From assembly GCA_023515725.1 (NCBI GenBank), contig JALDTO010000098.1, positions 1,824,164-1,888,163 of the forward strand: a stretch of 64,000 nucleotides of DNA, given 5' to 3'. Source of the stretch: Amoeboaphelidium protococcarum X5. Lineage: Eukaryota; Fungi; Aphelidiomycota. Below are positions 11,491 through 25,261 of the stretch, in pieces. Within the stretch, counting starts at the first letter, position 1, and each line of letters starts with the position of its first letter. A program made the position numbers and the translations under genes. The notes beneath the pieces were generated by a model. That model ran no database searches and had not been told where the DNA came from. It saw only the letters and a program-made list of their open reading frames with translations.

Positions 11491-12666
11491 ATGTTGGTCA
11501 GAGCACGTAGCACTGAATTATTATCATGGTACCAATTCTTAATGGATGAATCTTATCACTCAACTACTGATTTGACTTAGTATGCCCGTAGACTAAAGTT
11601 GCCTCTGGAAATAATATCAATGATATTCGATTATGTCGCCCCGTACTAACAGATTTGCGTTGTGGATGAGCGATCATTTAGTGGGTATCTCAAGCAGAGG
11701 CTAAAGTTGTAATCTACCTGTAGATATTTTAGGTCTCTATATTCACTTAAGAATATAAAAAGCCTAGAACTCTATTGTGAGATTGCATCTTCTATACCAT
11801 TCCTGCCGCAGATTTTGTCAAAACTTGAAGTGACTCGGCTGATTTTATGGTCTCCGTATGATAGAATTTTGTATGATGTTTGGGATTTATTATAAAGGGA
11901 ACGGATTACCCACTTGACCATATCACTTAATTACTCGGCAGGTGATACATTCGAGTTCAAAAGAACGTCTTCTTTGAGGAATCTTAAGTATCTAACGTTT
12001 TTGCTATCAGATAATTGTGCTCTTGACACGTCATAGGTGGACCTCTTAGTGGGATTAATCAATGGAAGCAGTAATTTGTAAAATTTACATATATCATGGC
12101 GCCTATTCAAAAGCATAATGTCCTTATATGGATCGTCTGTGATTGTTGATACTTCATTGATTACAACGCTGACATTGACGGTTGAGTAGAGAGACTTGTC
12201 ATATTAGTCTACACTGGATGGGAACAGTAAGCATTCCTCGGTATAATTATCGTGGAATCCATTTTTTAATGATTATTTCTAGTTGAGACAATTGAATATC
12301 TGCCATTCGATATTCCCTTGGTTGGCGTAGCCATAGTTGATCGTCGATGCTTCATTATTATGCGTTGAGAGGATTCATACTGAGACTTTGATAAAGGTTG
12401 ATCTGGCTGATACGATATTTGATTGCAAATGCCTCTTCATGGATATTACTATAACAATGTGGACTATGGAACAGGTGGTGGAATATGAACAATTGCTTCG
12501 GCTATGTCCTCAAGTAACGCTAACTATCACTGAAGCATCTAAATTTAAAGGAATCGCTCATGAGTGTCGTAAGATGTAGCGAAAAGTCTACAATCTTGTG
12601 AACTATTATGGCAATTTTTATGTAAAAGGACTACACGAGTCATTAATGTGTGATGTTGATTAGTGA
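11491..12666 (+). CDS. F-box protein with a degenerate LRR-like C-terminus, 391 aa
   Basis: LKLPLEIISMIFDYV...LKLQSTCRYFRSL F-box pattern followed by LxxLxL-type segments; 1176 nt open frame to TGA. Confidence 0.7.
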
Positions 12667-13089
12667 GGTAAAAAAATACTGAACAACAACGTTTAAACTA
12701 GCATTGAGAATTCCCTTCCTCTGTTTCATGATATAATATAGAGCGGAAGCGTATTAGGTCCGAATGATTGCTTTTTGGCCTCTCAAGCTCATCTATCGTT
12801 AATTTGATACAGTTCTCGCAGCGTGAGCCCTGTTCAAAGGCGCGCATCACAGAAACGCATAGATCTCAAATGCTCAATTTTCATAGAATCCTTCTAGGCA
12901 TACTGCTAGAGTACTATCACACCGAGCAACAAAAATATTTGGTCTTACTGCGAGGGACTGATACAATAACGCGTATTTTTTGCTTTGGGGGCTGCAATGA
13001 TCTTCAAATTCAAGCGCCATTTATCTTCGTTTCCTGAAAAGGCATTTGACGCGATTAAGGCAATTTTTATATCAATTTTAATATTCATA

Positions 13090-13770
13090 ATGTCTACGCC
13101 TGTTGGAAAGGTAATTAATACTTGTATTTTATAACGTATATATTAAAGGCCCGATATTGTAGACTGGAATAGCTTTCGCTAGACTCTGGCATTTGGCAGA
13201 CGCCAAGGGACAAGTATTGGGAAGATTGGCGCGAGGAGTTGCCACCACATTGATGGGTGAGCACAAGCCTATTTACGATCCTTCGAGTAAGACTTGCAAC
13301 AATTTGCTTTAAATAATTTAAACCATTCCATATCGCTATCAAGCGAATCGTATATCAGCGAGTGTGTAGATGATTGTGGAGATTATGTTGTTGTCATAAA
13401 CGCGCGTCATATCGTGGTATCTGGTAATAAACTCGACACGAAAAAGTATCGCAGCCACAGCGGTTATGCTGGCGGTATTACTGAAGTGTCTTTGGAGAGG
13501 ATGATGCGCGATAATCCAGAGCAAGTGATCAGGAAAGCTGTGTATGGAATGCTGGCCAAGAATTAGCTGCGATAGAAGAGAATCAATAGGCTACTGATAT
13601 TCCCTGATGATAAACACCCATACGCGCAGAATATTGCTAAATTCTATGAACATCCAGAGATGCTGAAAGTGAATAGAAGGTAATGGGCTGAAATGAGTGC
13701 AGAGGATCTTCAAAAATTGTAGTCTGATCTAGTCCGCTCAGAACTTGTCAAGCATGGTTTGCTCAAGTGA
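13090..13770 (+). CDS. MRPL13: Mitochondrial ribosomal protein uL13m
   Basis: RLWHLADAKGQVLGRLA, GEHKPIYDPSNDCGDYVVVINA, YRSHSGYAGG, RKAVYGMLAKN; introns 13111-13162 and 13287-13369. Confidence 0.93.
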
Positions 13771-13948
13771 TCATCACGTAGTTTCTCTACTTGGTAAAAT
13801 AGATTATAAGTTTTTAAAAAAGAATTATTTAAGATATATTCCATTTCCATTTATACATATCATTCGCCAACTTTATAACAATCAGATCACACTTCTGCCC
13901 ACCCACACTAGAGTCATAATTATGCAATCTCATCACCCATTAATAGAA

Positions 13949-16120
13949 TCACTTCAAGTCAATAAAGACAGTGAGGAAGGAGTCTTGCAACAGATTGGCG
14001 CCAGGTGTATACAGCTAAACGGTACGCAATCCCTTCGAGAGGCAGTTCAGAGGGATAGCAGCATAAGCCAGCAGCTAATCTTTACCAACATCTTCATCAA
14101 TGACATTACATCTCAAGAACGTCAACTCTGGTCTGACTGCAGCGAATGGATTCGACAGCAGTTGATCAAAATTGAACGATTGAGACGCAAACTTCTGAGT
14201 TACTTACTAAGCACTCGTACAAGAGTCCATATCTTGAGCCCATACAGGAGTCAGACCATTATTGTTAACTTGCGGTGTCTTACTGACCATCTTGACGATG
14301 CCCAACTCTTCGCTTGGTGATGGAGCAATAACAGACACTTCAACATATGGATCGATAATCTCACCTTGCATCTCGAGATTAGGCTTTGGCAACTTGAAGC
14401 CTCCCAACACCGTGACTCTTAACTGACGAAATAACTTTGGTGTGCCACTCACTTTATCTGGCAACAATTGATCAGCTTTGAGAACGTATCCACAATTACC
14501 ATTTTATAAGAAGAGGCCATGGTTAATTTCAAGAGACTAATCATGATGCTACAAATTAAGTGCCGCCATCTGACAACCAACCATCCAATACACCTGAGGA
14601 TCAATGTTGGAAGAATCAATTCTGGTACCTTTAGGATAAATGCGCGCAAACGCCTTTATTGTGAAATTGATAAACTCATGCAAAGTATCAGATTTTGATC
14701 CTTTGCGAATCAACTTCAACGCTTTATTCTCCGACAGAGAGGCAATGCTTAAGCCATTAAATTCACCAGAACTCTCTTTAAAAGATTTGAACTTTTTTGA
14801 CTGCATATAGATGGCTAGAGACGCGAGTTCAGTGGCAACTTTCAGCTTCTTTTTGGCCTCGCTATCTGCGTTACTGTCAACGGAAGATGACGCCACACTA
14901 GAGGCATCCTTAGTCTTACTACTATCATTATCCTGTTTTTTCTTGTTACCAGGAAGAAGCTTGGAAAACAATCCGCCACCCAGCTTCGGTTTACCACCAT
15001 TACCAGTAGATTACTTCTCAGCCGATTTTTAGCTTACAGTAGACTTTGACTGAGGACTCTTTGTGCTCAAAGAACTATCACTCTCGCTTCCACTGCTACT
15101 ACCGCTTGAACTTGCATCATCCAACTGCTGCTACTGCTAACCATCTACATCCACTCTATCAGGACTGGCGACAGTGACCGGGGCAATCTTATCCGCCTTT
15201 ACAGAGTGTCTCTTGGTCTTGACAATAATCTTGCGCTTCAACTGCTCAGGACTTGGTACATGATCCTATTGCTCTTCATGCAACGGCTTGGCCACCAGAG
15301 AATCGCCAAAGACCTCAGTCAGCAGATTAGCCATTACAACCTGCTGATCCACCCCGGTGTGCACTTCCAGAGATAGAACGACAGGATACTCACTCACAAT
15401 GAATGCGTTCTCCTTGATGGCAATCAGTACATCTTTAAACAGAATCTTACTAGTCAGCGTGTGACCATGCAAAATAACCGGTTGATTATCTTAACCATCC
15501 CAGACATCTAATTCCACACAGCGACAACCCATTCTCAAAGCGTTAACATACGAACTGGTAGAAGACTTGCTGTCCAACTGATTACCGGTTAGATACGTAT
15601 TGTGAGACGAGTTGATGTAATACCAGGTCCAGGGCTTGGTCATATCATGATATACACGACGCTTCTAGACATCGTATGCATTGTTCTGATCGCTGAACAG
15701 ATATAGACAAAACTACTCAAAAGTCACTTTATCACCAGATACTCCACCCACCACCTGATCTGCAACCTGCGAGCTTACATCTTATACATTCACGAGCCAC
15801 TACTTGAACTGATCTTTAGACGCACTAGCTCCATCGCTGCTACCAGCAGCCACACAGTGAGTAAAATACAATCGAATCGCTTGATTGGAGTTTACCTTCA
15901 AATGCTGGTAAATCTGTCTAAACTCATTCTTGTTATACTCCTTCTTCGACTAAAGATTAGCGCTCTGACAAAGGAACTATACATTCTGAGAACTACACTC
16001 AAAGTTGAGCTTCTTCAGCATCTTGCTCAACTCCTGAGTATCCAACAGACCATTCCCATTCTTGTCCGTCAACTTCCACAGCTGGTCAATATCATCCGCA
16101 GTCTTTTACTCGACTGGCAT
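13949..16120 (-). CDS. PLC1: Phosphoinositide phospholipase C (EF-hand, X, Y, C2; no recognisable PH domain), 723 aa
   Basis: [14 protein letters not shown]-hand; [46 protein letters not shown]; [21 protein letters not shown]; C2 [14 protein letters not shown]. Confidence 0.93.
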
Positions 16121-16519
16121 TTTCACTAATATGATAACCTTTGTCTTTAATGGAGGTTAGATGTAAATCGCCGACGGTGGTTGTAAAAGTGAGCACTGGT
16201 TACACACCTGAATACGCCGTATACCGACTGAAGTGTAGGATGAGAGATCAACAGAGATGAAAAGGGGGAGAGAGAGCGGCAGGAAACAACAAACAGCCAT
16301 CGCGGGGAAAATCGTATTGAACATGTCATTACGCGCCAGCAGTTCCTGTAAACAGGAGATAGCTTGTTATAAATGTAATGGTGATTAAAGTGATGATTTA
16401 CTATTTGATTACCGTCAAAATGCTTAAATGCGAGATGTCCGATTACAGTAAACATTGCCAAATAAATCAATATACAAATATAAGTAGAGATAAATTTAAA
16501 GTATGCGAACTGAATAAGA

Positions 16520-18406
16520 TCATTTCAATGGACGAGTCTCACGCTGCAACCACTCAAGTCCAAGTCTACCTTCTTCTCCGCCTATTTGCTGTAGAACCGG
16601 AGCAACCTTGTCGTAACACTTGCGATGATACAGGTCGACAAACTTCACCTCCTCATCACTCAGCATCGATACATCAATCAGATTGCGTCCATATGGAACC
16701 ATGGTCACAGCTTCAAACCCGAGATAACACTCATCCGGCGAATCACATCCAAATTGATATGGCAAATGAGAAGCTTTACCTACCAGGCACACATTCTCAA
16801 TTCTGATACCAAACTAATTATCCAAATAGAATCCTGGTTCGATAGTAACGGTCATTCCCTCCTTCAGTGGCACGTCATCGGCGGTCTTTCTAAAACTTAC
16901 ACTATGCGGACCTTCATGGACACCGCTGAAATGGCCAACACCGTGACCAGTACCATGACGATAATCCATGCCGTATTTCCACATTGAGGCGCGACAGATT
17001 GAGTCCAGTTTAAATCCAGAAGTGTTCGGTGGGAATGTGGCCATTGATAATGCCAGATGACTCTTTAACACGCTGGTGAACGCAAACTTGAACTTTTACT
17101 CAGGATTAGATCCAAAGTACATGGTTCTAGTCACATCAGTGGTACCATTCATGTACTATCCACCGCTATCACATAGATACACTTGATCAGGAGTGATTAC
17201 AGAGCACTTTCCCTTCTCTGGCTTATAGTGAATGATGGCACCATTTGGACCTATACCGGATATGGTATCAAAAGACAGAGATACAAACATGGGCATCTTC
17301 TTCCTAAAGTACTCCGCCTTATCAGCTCCACCAACTTCATCAATGCTCTGATTCTTCTATTGCACAAGCTCCTTCTCGAGCCAGCCAAAATACATACAAA
17401 GAGCAGCAGCATCATTGATATGACACTCTCTGAATCCATTCTACTCAGTATCATTCTTGATGGCTTTCCAGTGCTGAATGACGCTCTTCTCAGTCTTCAG
17501 ACGGTCCTTACCACCAACTGAATTCAATACTCCAACATGGATCGTATCCGATGCCACTACAAAATCCTCAATAGACTTATAAGATCCAACCACTTCCATA
17601 CCCAAATACTAACGCCAAGAATTGTATGGCTTCACCTGCACCTTCAGCTGAGCCAAATATGGGCCAACAGCTGTGCTACCAACATATTTATCCATAGATA
17701 CATCGGTAAACAGTACAATATCACCACTATCACGTGCACTTACATATAGATAGGAGAAAAAGTATGGATTGTAGTCAATGTCAGAACTGCGAATATTGAG
17801 CAGATAAGCAATCTCATCCAGGCTGGAAATGAACGTACCTAGACAGTGTTCACCCTTCTCCTTCTACAGATACTCTCTCAACTTACGCAGCTTCTACTCA
17901 GCAGACTGACCGGCATATTTGACATCCAACACCATCAAGGGATTAAACACTCTCTGTGGTTTATCAGCCCACACCATATCGACGGGATTATCCTTGGATG
18001 GAACGGCAATCAGTTGATAGTCCTTCAACTTGGTCAAATTCGCCTAATAAGAAGGTACATCTGTACACTCTTCATCGAATCCAATACGCTGGTGTTTCTA
18101 ACAATTAGCCAAGATCCAATCGCTCATGGACGGAGTGGAGGGGAGGCCAAACTTCATAAGAGTCCAGTCGGAGGACAACTACTTGCCAGCTTGCAAGTAA
18201 TAGCGGCCATCAGTCCACAGAAGAGCCTTATCCATAGTGATGAGAGCCCAGCCAGCACTTCCCGTAAACTTGCTTATGAATGCACGTCTCTAGTCCACCT
18301 CTGCCAAGTACTCTGAACAGTGAGCATCAGTTGCAGCCACAATGAACGCATCCAGACGCAACTATCTCAACTTTTCTCTAAACTATTCCAATAATGAACC
18401 CGGCAT
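16520..18406 (-). CDS. XPNPEP1: Xaa-Pro aminopeptidase (aminopeptidase P, M24B), 628 aa
   Basis: [68 protein letters not shown]. Confidence 0.93.
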
Positions 18407-18900
18407 TCTCTTTATACTCATTCAAATTATTACTATAAAATTAGTTAGAGGTAAAGGGAATAAGTGAACTAAGACTAGGTGGAACTAAGAAGCAAATAAA
18501 GCGTTTCCTTCAAAGCAAAGAAATAGAGAGAGAATGGAGAAGAATGAATGGAGAAGGAACGCTCTTTGCGTCAGTCAGTCAGTCAGTCAATCTGTTAGCA
18601 AGGAACACTTGCAACGCGAAACATCGAACAGTTTCGAACGGTGTACGGTAAATAGAGTCAAGAGGAGGAATGGATCACGGTGCAATGAAGGCAATGCGTG
18701 CGATATTATACACACTCCTATGAAACAGTATCTCATTGAATTAGCTAATTGAAGCATCGCGAGTGTGTTTAGTTCGCTAGTGAAATGAAAAGTTTTACGA
18801 CATACCAATTCATCATTTATTCAGCTTTATTGCTGTTGTGTTTTGTAAATTTGTTGACACTTTTGTCAACTTTATAATCAACGATAGGGAACGCGCAATT

Positions 18901-19979
18901 ATGAAACTTTTACGAGATTTACATGTATAGTACATTTCACAGTTGGATGATCATAAGGATGAATTGGAGTATCATCTCTCTGAACATCTTCGACTTAGTG
19001 GCGTGTATTGGGCTTTGTGTTCTGCTCATCTGCTGGGAAAGCCTGACATTTTGGATGCGGATGGTATTGCATAGCTAGTAATCTCATGTTGGGATCACGA
19101 AAATGGTAATTCATTATTTGAATTTGCTATATCATAGTTATACAGTATTAATTGTGGTAATATGAATGTGTAGGTGGGTTTGGTGGATATCAGGGATATG
19201 ATGGACATTTGTTGTATACGCTGAGTGCAGTCTAAATACTAGTCATGATAGGACGCGCAGATATATTAAAAGATTACAAGGAGCGGATAGTTGACTTCAT
19301 ACGAAAGTTGTAGAATGATGATGGTTCCTTTATGGGAGATCAATGGGGTGAAGTTGATACGCGATTCTCTTATTGTGCACTGGCAACTCTATCGCTCCTC
19401 TAATCTCTGGATAAAGTTGATCTTGATGGGGCTCACTCGTATATAATGTCCTGCTGTAATTATGATGGTGGTTTTGGTACAGTTCCTGGCAGTGAGAGTC
19501 ACGCTGGTCAGATCTGGTGCTGTCTCGCGTCTCTATCCATTCTAAAGCGTCTAGATGATAGCAATTAAAATTAAGTTGGTGATGATACAACTTTGTAGGA
19601 TAACAATAGATTTGAAAATCTTGCGCGGTGGCTCGCTCTAAGATAACTTCCTTGTGGAGGCTTGAATGGCAGGCCGTAAAAATTACAAGATGTATGTTAC
19701 TCGTGGTGGGTATTGGCATCGCTGGCTATACTCGGCAAGACGCATTACATAGATGGTCAGAAATTGTGTGAGTTCATCTTATCATGCCAGGATGACGTGG
19801 GTGGTGGAATATCTGATAGACCAGAGGATGAAGTTGACATATTCCACACGCTATTTGGTCTATGTGGTCTAAGCTTCTGCAAGTATGAAGATCCCGATGA
19901 TGGATATCGTCTCCAAAACATCGATCCGGTCTACTGCCTCCCATCTAGCATAACCAAGACTTTAGGATAATAGCGATGA
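18901..19979 (+). CDS. BET2: Rab geranylgeranyltransferase type II beta subunit
   Basis: [78 protein letters not shown]; intron 19106-19173. Confidence 0.93.
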
Positions 19980-20212
19980 TTGATTAAAAAGGTTTTAATA
20001 ATTTTTATCTGAATGAACGGGCATTCTCACGTTGGTTGCTTTAACTTTTAAAACATTTATCTATCTTAATGTATGCAATGAATGAATAGGCTATGGTGGT
20101 CCCTGAAAATTTCAAGTAAAAGTCAGTCAGCTCCTCGATGAAATTTGGTAAGAGTGAACTTGTGAATTGTAATAACTCTAAGCTAACACGGATAAACAGC
20201 TACCTACTTACA

Positions 20213-21574
20213 ATGCAATTTTTGTAAAACAACACAGCTCACTCAATATAAAGACTTTGTGAAGACTTCTATACTCAATTCATAATCCATAAAAATTTAA
20301 CGCGTTTTCACTCTTAAATATTTGACGTGATCTTTCCTCTTTTCCTGATCAAACGACACTTGATGATGCATCCGGTTGCTCTCTAGCAGTAGTGCTGTGG
20401 ATAGCACATTAATGGTGCAGATTCTAATTGTTATGATGATGCATATTACGTACGTGGTCGTAAATCTGTTAAATTATCAAATTTGAGAGATCCGCACTTG
20501 GAGTTGTAGTCCTTGACTTCTATCACAGTGTTGAATTTGGAATTTTGTAATTTGGATACTCTTGGTATAGACTTCAACTTGTGCACTCCTCTACTCACAA
20601 AGTTGATCCTTCGTGGTAATTAGTTGAGATAAATACCTCAGTCAGTTTATCGATTAAAGAACCTAGAACACTTGGATATATCACGAAATCAAATTGATGG
20701 TCCTCTCTTAGGCTGCTATGATGAGAATAAGCGCATCAATGGTCATGATATCTGGCCGCAATTACAGAATCTGATTGCATTTGGTAATTTAATTACCTAA
20801 TTACCTCAAGACATCTCCTTATGGACACACTTAAAAGTTCTCAAGATGGGCAATGATTTAGGAGAAGGAAATCGTTTGTCATCTGTGCCAGATTCTATAT
20901 ATCAGTGCTCTGAGTTGGTGGAACTTGACTTGTCCAATAACTTGATATAATGTTTGCCCGCACAGATTAATTAGCGATTAAGATCTCTATCCGTTAGTGG
21001 AAATCGTATAACAAATTTCCCTGAATGTCTCTAGTACGCGAAAATGTTGGAGCGTCTTGATTTGTCTGATAACAGAATCACTCACATTCCCATCTTTATT
21101 GAGTAGCTCCGGTCATTAAAGTACATCAACCTGAGTCGGAATGATATTCGCTGTATTCCGTTTACGTTAACAAAGTTTATGTCTGAGAGAACTGTCCTTA
21201 TGGCTGGCAATGCGAGGCTTGATCAATGCATAGCTGAATAGCTGCGAACAATGGAGATTCGAGATTTAGAGTTTCCATCACTCAGAGCTATTGCTTAACG
21301 GAAATTGCTTTAGTAAGCCAGCGGTAAAAGCGATAAGTAATGTAAAAAGTTTTAAAAGCTGTAAATTTAGCCTTATGATACGTCGGATCTCCAAGATAAG
21401 GATTGTTCGATTTGTGATGGATGTGAATTGCCCATAGTCAGTAATAAGGAGTTGATTACGAAGGAGTAATTTAACTTTAGTGGTTATCCCTATTGCAACT
21501 TTGATCTCCGACTATGCTCCTAAAACTGTGCCGGTAAATGTAAATTGCGTCTGAATAAGCATCTCGACTGGTGA
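20213..21574 (+). CDS. Leucine-rich repeat protein with C-terminal BC-box-like segment and Cys cluster (LRRC58/LRRC28-like layout)
   Basis: Repeated LxxLxLxxNxL units (LTKLILRGNQLRQIP, LEHLDISRNQI, LVELDLSNNLI, LERLDLSDNRI); FPSLRAIAQRKLL; CSICDGC...LCSQNC. Start is either ATG 20213 or 20363. Confidence 0.8.
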
Positions 21575-21685
21575 ATGATCAGGTTATTCGCGTATAAAGT
21601 GTACTGGCAATTGTGTATCATAAGAATCGGCATTTAATTATTATAGACAATCATCATCAATTTATATGTTATGTACATTGGATAT

Positions 21686-22412
21686 TCAAAATAATCTTAT
21701 GCTAAAGGTATTCACGAAATCTGGGGATCTGCTGATGATATGCTACACATTAAATGCACATACGATTGGTTCATGACGAACGCGCAATATTATTGTCACA
21801 ATAGATATATATCAATGCATATTCTTACCTCAAATTCCACAATGCTGAGCTTCTTTTCCTCATCTGAGTTCAGTACAGACTCCTTGAAGGTTTACTCTAC
21901 AATCTGGGCAATCTCAGCCTTATTTAGCTCCTAACCAACCAGGCAATTGACAATATTCTCTACATCCTCCGGTCCTATCGATCCATCTTCATCAAAATCG
22001 TACATTTTAAATGCATAGAATATCTTGACTTCTCTCGTAGCCTACACTAATTGTTACAATATTAGAATCAATATCATTTGAAAGATTTTGTATATCATTA
22101 ACACTGTAGATAATGTACCTCTTGACTAAAGACACTGAGGAAATCGATAAATTCGACAAATCCAATCTGTCGCTTCTCATTGGCAAATACAGAGGCCAAT
22201 CGATGTCGAAATGGATTGTGGGCAAGTTCTGGAATATCCATAAACTCTTGCTGAGTGAGATGTTTATTCAGAGGATTAGCTCCCTTCTTCTTGCGTGTCA
22301 ACTGTTCGAAGCTGTCCATCACCTTGATCACCTCCCCCTTGGTGAAGAATGTATCCTGCACAAATCTATCCAACTCTTCTGCATTAAGATACTTGGACTA
22401 CTTTTATCCCAT
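21686..22412 (-). CDS. CIB / calcineurin-B-like EF-hand calcium sensor
   Basis: MGQKQS (N-myristoylation-like), QDTFFTKGEV, PELAHNPFRHRL, FIDFLSVFS, KIFYAFKMYDFDEDGSIG, EFEHIISRSPDFVNTFSIR; introns 22042-22118 and 21743-21828. Confidence 0.88.
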
Positions 22413-22810
22413 ATTTGTTTTTATTTCTGAAGACAAGAATTATATGGCTGATTATAACAATGTAATAATGGCAGTACTGTACTAGTAATAAATACGTCAT
22501 TAGAACACAGTAACGTTAAAGGCTGAAACAAACTGAAGACGGTTTTGTCGACAGTAGAAAGAAGCATCAACAACAAACGTTCTGTAAAAATGTTGTTGCA
22601 AAGAGTGGCTGAAACAGAATGTTTGAGACTTATGTTACAGCGAGTGATGATGATATACGTTCTTCATAGCATTTTCTGGTCTTTATCCCCGTTGTTATCA
22701 TGATTGTTTAATACACATCTTGTCGTTAAAACTGAAGCATGGAAGTTTTACCCACTGTTTTACACGCGCCTGAGACATAGCAGTTCATTCCTCTCGATCG
22801 TGAGACAGAA

Positions 22811-23749
22811 ATGACCTAAACTAAAAAGAGAAAGTTAACGCAAGAAGATCACGCTGAACAATGTATCAGTTCACAATCCTAATAGTCTTATAAGTTGAAG
22901 ACTTTTCTCAAGTAGATACTGCCGCTGGTAATTTCTTGCGAATGTGACCGTATTTGTGAGTCGCAATGCGCTCCCTTGGGCGATGAATTGCTATTGCTCT
23001 CTGTGAAAGCATTGAATGGATGTTACTGGTCCAAATTGGTTCTATATTAATTGAGTAATAGATGTAATTATGGAAAGTTTTGCGATCTATTCAGTGTCAA
23101 ATAGTTTAGTACGTAATTTTTCTAAAATTACTGTCAAGTATACAGTACTCTCCCTCGGCATCTCAATACGCAGCTCCGTTTAGATGATTTCAAGAGTATC
23201 ATATCACATCTACCCGTGGAAGATATTTGGAAACTTATGTCTGTGTAGTAGAATATAAACTGGTAGCAGGTTGATGACGAATAGCTTCTGTGGGAATTAA
23301 GAAGTCTGATTAGTAAACGCTATCACAAACGGCAGGATGTAAGTGAGAGCGCATGGTAGAGTATAGCCGATGCTGCATATAACATTACCGCTTTCTTATA
23401 CTAAAAGGGAAACCAAATTGTAATCGAAGACCCCTATAATACGACGTTAGATTCCGTGTTTGACGTTAAGTACGTTCTATACTTGTCGAAAAAAATGTTA
23501 CCTTACTATGCGGAAACTGAGTTGCTTGAACTTGGCCTAAAGGTGGAGAATCGTCAAGTTCTTCAAGATTATATGAACCATTTTTGGCCTCTGTGCGAGA
23601 GAGACATTATAGAGGATTATGAATTTACTATGCATCAGTCGGATTTTTTAGGTTATGATGAAATTAATCCTTAATATGCATAGAGGATTGTTAAAAATCT
23701 GATGGTTGGCTTCAAGAGGCAATATGAGCGAGGACTGATAAAATTGTGA
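22811..23749 (+). CDS. Hypothetical protein, 312 aa
   Basis: 939 nt ATG-to-TGA frame under TAR=Gln; N-terminal KKRK NLS-like motif; no family recognised. Confidence 0.6.
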
Positions 23750-24119
23750 AGCGAAATTTTAAGAACTTTTTAATTCACCGGTTATCGACTATTTTATTTC
23801 CGCGTTATTCCTTTGAGCCACAGCACTGCATTATTGGCCAATACAAACGAGTGTGTGATTTTGCGCAAAATATGCTCTATCAGCCTGGTGTGCTTTGAGT
23901 ATCTGTATTTCTATGCCGAGTGAGACGACTGATTAACGCGCTTCTATTTTACTTTAAGTGTGATGCTGCTGAAGAAACTATGTAATCAGCTCAATCTTAA
24001 AGTATTACTACTGCAAAATATATATGGATGAATGATCCTTGATGGGATGATCTTTAAGTATCGCGTACGCTGTAACTTCACATCTTATGTAGAATTTAGA
24101 AGTATAGCTGATTTGAAAG

Positions 24120-25200
24120 AGTATGCACAGACTTTTTAAAAGTGACACACACGATGAAGAAGGTAAACCGTCCGTCACACCTTGTTTATTCGTGAATCTG
24201 CAAGGTCATTATCGAAATCCCACATCTTCGTCAGGATATGAGGGCGGCATAGAGGCAAGCCCAATTAGATGCTAGAGCAAGAGCTCAAGCCAGAGCGAGA
24301 CGTGAAGAAGAGCGCATCACGTAAGAAGCGTGAAATCGCGTCCTGTTGGCGCTGTTCCTCCTCATGCTTCTCTTGTTGGCCTAATTGGAGAGGTTCTCGG
24401 TGATACGGAGATTCAGCATACCTAACCTGCGTCCGAACGATTCGCACTGCTTGCTTTAGTATGTTAAAATGAGGGAAATTAAAGTGACCCTGAGGCCGTA
24501 TGGAATGTTCTGTCTGAGAGCGGCATTCTCGATGGATTCGACTTTAATCTGCTGGCCTTTTAAAGGGAAGCCACTTCTGATTAAGCCGAAGATTGTTAGC
24601 AGGTCCCTTCTTAGCCAGCACAAGACATAGTCGTTTAGGAGCTCTAGCGTGACTTTGGTAACAATGCTGCAGATCTACAAGAGCCTGCCCAAGATGATGT
24701 TGATGAATTCTGTTTGTTAAGACTTCAGCGTACGACGTAGTGCTGTGATGCGTAAGTAACGATAAAGTACACTACGATTTCAATCCGCATTTAGCCGCGT
24801 CAGATCAAGCGAGACAAGCTGAATGATGATATCATTAAACTATGTGCAATATAGAGTACAATAAGGCTCTGGTTCTTCAATAACTTTTAAAAAGGATGGA
24901 GGAGGATCAGGTGACAGCGGCCAGCTTAGTCTCTGTAAGTGTCATGTGGATAAAAGTCTGGCCAACTGCTAGTGACAAACAGAATAAAGAAGTGATAACG
25001 TACAATAAGAACAATAACTTGTGAATCCGTAAAGTATAGTCAAGCGCCAAAACCAAGGACGCCTTGTCGATCAAGCGCATGTCTGGCACTCCTGGCCGTG
25101 TGGGAGATCAAGTCGAATCATAGCGGCACTATTGTAATGTTGAAGGTGTACAGAGTGAATAAGTGAATAAAGATGCGGAATATAATGATAAGGTAATTTA
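24120..25200 (+). pseudogene. Degenerate coding-like segment with in-frame TGAs and frame switches
   Basis: Protein-like stretches (DMRAAQRQAQLDARARAQARARREEERITQEA; EAVWNVLSESGILDGFDF; EYNKALVLQQLLKRMEED) lie in different frames and are broken by TGA; boundaries approximate. Confidence 0.35.
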
Positions 25201-25261
25201 AAAATATTTATTGTTTCATTATATTTGCATTCTGCAATAAAATCGAATACCTGGAGAACAA

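Noticed and set aside
19670-19700. TAA at a position often Glu in BET2 (NGRP-x-KL), hinting at TAA=Glu
   Set aside because: This position varies among homologs, and TAA sits at invariant Gln sites elsewhere (RNEQ, NEQLY).
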